Of a stretch of DNA of 64,000 bases, positions 61,376 through 64,000 are shown piece by piece; position 1 is the first letter of the stretch, and each line of letters begins with the position of its first letter. The position numbers and the translations under genes were made by a program. The notes under the pieces are model-generated. The model saw only the letters and a program-made list of their open reading frames with translations. It searched no databases and had not been told where the DNA came from. The DNA comes from Raja brachyura (Eukaryota). The DNA is taken from positions 2,046,001 to 2,110,000 of the forward strand of contig OY740808.1 of NCBI GenBank assembly GCA_963514005.1, read 5' to 3'.

Positions 61376-64000
61376 ATTTGATGATGATATCCTTGAGATA
61401 AAACAAGTGCTTGCCAAGATGGTGTGTTGCCATTATCTTTTTCAAAGAAGTATGATTTACTGATTAGTATGTTTTAAAATGAAAAGTAAAGAAAAATAGA
61501 ATTTTTTTCCAAGCAAATAATAATTATAACCCGTGTCTTGTGTCATAAAAGCACCAAGGTAATAAAATACATGCAGCCCCTTAGTTACATTAGGTAATGG
61601 ATATTTCCCATTACAAAATTCAAAATTACAAATATAAATTCTGAGATGTAAATTTTAATAAATTGCTTACAATTTTTTTGTGGGGGTGGTGTAAATAAAC
61701 ATAAATTAAATTTATAACACTTATTGAAACATGTACAGATGACGTGGCTTTGCGTTACAGAAAATCGCGATACAGTCCATTTTCTGGAAACGCCACCCCC
61801 ACCCTCTCATGATGCGGATATTGCCCAAATCTATTTGCATATCAGTCATGTGATTGTGGTCTCTGCAGGCAATATTGCATTTGTCGCTCTGATTTTGCTT
61901 TTCTTATGAGGAAAGCTGGGATTAATGTACAGAAAACCCCAAGAAAGCCCACAAAGGAAGGTGTGATACAAGGTCTGGAAAAATTGGCTTCTTCATTAGC
62001 TGTGATCTGTTCACATTAGGGTAATTAACACAAGTGCAGATTGCTGAACATCTGTGCATTTAACTCTTATGTCAGACTCTTACACACAACACACAGAAGC
62101 GGAGTACAAAATAAATGCTGCCAGCGATGTCCTTCCTATCATTACACTGCACTCAAGCAGCATTACTACTCTTCATCCACCCCAGGCCACATTCACATTT
62201 GTATTCTCTTGTCAAGGGGTTGGAAGCAAAGTTCGGGCAGTTTGTTTTCTAGCTCTTGCCGGTCCTGAATTATGCATGATCAATTTATCATCCCCCCCCA
62301 ACTGAAAACTAATTGTGTCCCCAGGATATATTTACTAGAAATTATAGTTTGCCTTGTGAAGTCCCCAGGGTAGCTGAAAGCAGATGATGTGAGAGAAGTT
62401 GAACCTTACAATACGTGCTTGATGACTTCAGCTAGGGCATGGATCTTTGATTTGCAACTTTTGTGTTTTAATTTGACAGAGATGTTTTGCTCAGTAAACA
62501 AACAAGAACACTCCCGCAGAGGAAGAAAAGCCTTAATCTGATCAAAAATGTCCAAAGGCAAATGGAATTGGGAATGTGTCCTGGCTAATAGAAAACCTTG
62601 TAGAGTATGTAGATAATTTGTTTATCGGTTGGGTAGCATTACATTTATGAAATTACTTTGCTCCTGGGCAATGGAAAGTGAAGAATGAGAGATGAGGAAT
62701 AAAATTGCGATGGTCTTCTAGCTGCAGGGGTACTAGGATAGCGGCTTTTGCTGATAGCACGTTCACATTTGCAGCCAGACAGGCGACTGCAGATCATCTG
62801 CCCTTTCATTAATCGAGAAATGGCACATTAGCAAGCACAGGTTAGCTCATCTATTCACTGATGTTCTGCATGATCAACTGCAGCCTCTATGGCTTTTTAA
62901 AATATTAAATACTGATAGCTGACTTGTCTCTGCTGTCTTTGATTCCTTCCATCAATCATGCCAGCTGCAATTTTGCACCAAACCTCCATGAAGCCTCATG
63001 CTGACCCTGTCTGCTTTTGTGCAGCAAAGTGTGGATCCTTCTAATTACAAGCCAGAGCAACGCAGCAGGTGCGGAGGCTTGCTGAGCGACTTAGCCCACA
63101 CCTGATAAGGCTTTCTCGTAGGAAGAAGCGCTTACGCACTTAAGCGTGCTCACCGAGATACCTAATTATCTGTAACTCTCAGGTTGTGTAAAAGAAAAAG
63201 CTAAAGGGATGAAATAAGGAATGGTTCCCCTGCTGTGACTGCAGCTTTTCACAGCTGATTAGATCTGAGCACTGATAAAGCTGTTGGAAGCTGCCAGGAG
63301 GTGGTATGGTTTTCCTGGGGATGCAGAAGTGTAGAGAATGAGGACAGGGGAGCAGTATCCTAAAGAAGCATGGTGTCAAATAGCATGTTGAATCCTCTTG
63401 TCCTGTGGGGACACAATAGAGACAAGATTAACCCATTTACTGTTTCACTTCTCTTCTGAAATCTGGTACAGTGTGATTTCTACAATTCATCCAGAGCAAG
63501 GAAGAACTTCAAATACAATTCCATGAAGCTGAAGCAAACTGATAACAGATTAAAGAGAGCAGCATATCCCTTTAACTTGGGATAAGCTGGTTTGCCTTTC
63601 ACTGCCAAGCCTTTCATTTTTTCTCGTGCTAGCTGTTTGAGCTACAAGGCCAAAACTGAGGGAGACTTGGATTAGCTTCTGTGCTGACAATGCCTGCAGG
63701 CTGATAGCCTGGTAGGAACAGCATGAAACACAAGGCGATTGGCTTGACTTTGCCTTTTATAGTGGTATTCTAACAGCAAGAATTGAAGGCTTGCATAAAT
63801 TTTCGATGATGTCCGTCCTTAACAATTTGGGATTCTTTCATTCTCTCTCCAAATTCAGTGTTCGTAAAATTAAGATGGGAAACTTGAATTCTCTTATTGC
63901 ACTGTGGACATTAATACATCTGCCTTTTTAATTTATTTTTCCTAAAACTATAGCTTCTGAGGTAGACTAGATTAATATGCGTACATTTAGGTGTAAGTAA

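Noticed and set aside
1-64000. Prokaryotic systems (CRISPR arrays, operons, defence islands)
   Set aside because: The sequence is CpG-depleted vertebrate intronic DNA. No regularly spaced repeats or gene-dense regions were seen.

Overview
Vertebrate nuclear DNA, most likely from a skate/ray or other elasmobranch. That assignment is inferred from the HE1-type V-SINEs, Deu-domain SINE remnants, abundant CR1 LINEs and Penelope-like element (PLE) ends. The window appears to be almost entirely intronic sequence of an AUTS2-family gene, best matching FBRSL1. A 30-nt phase-0 micro-exon (1969-1998, CDSESDIDDK) is followed by >60 kb with no recognisable next coding exon. A CpG island at ~57.9-58.8 kb looks like an intronic alternative promoter/first exon. 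The only long ORF (18183-21074, minus) is the APE+RT ORF2 of a young 5'-truncated CR1 nested in an older CR1, and it is fused in frame to the older element's C-terminus. Other mobile DNA includes many CR1 and Rex1/Babar fragments, a near-complete decayed Tc1 element, a hAT-Charlie MITE, a Harbinger-like end and an unclassified GC-rich element with a Rex1/Babar-like tail. More than 10 short PLE-derived insertions are present. Several carry a minimal hammerhead ribozyme core (CUGAAGA-stemII-GAAACGUH), several are fold-back structures, and several have 11-15 bp target-site duplications. Boundaries of old repeats are approximate (read by eye), and family names come from recognition of motifs, not database searches.
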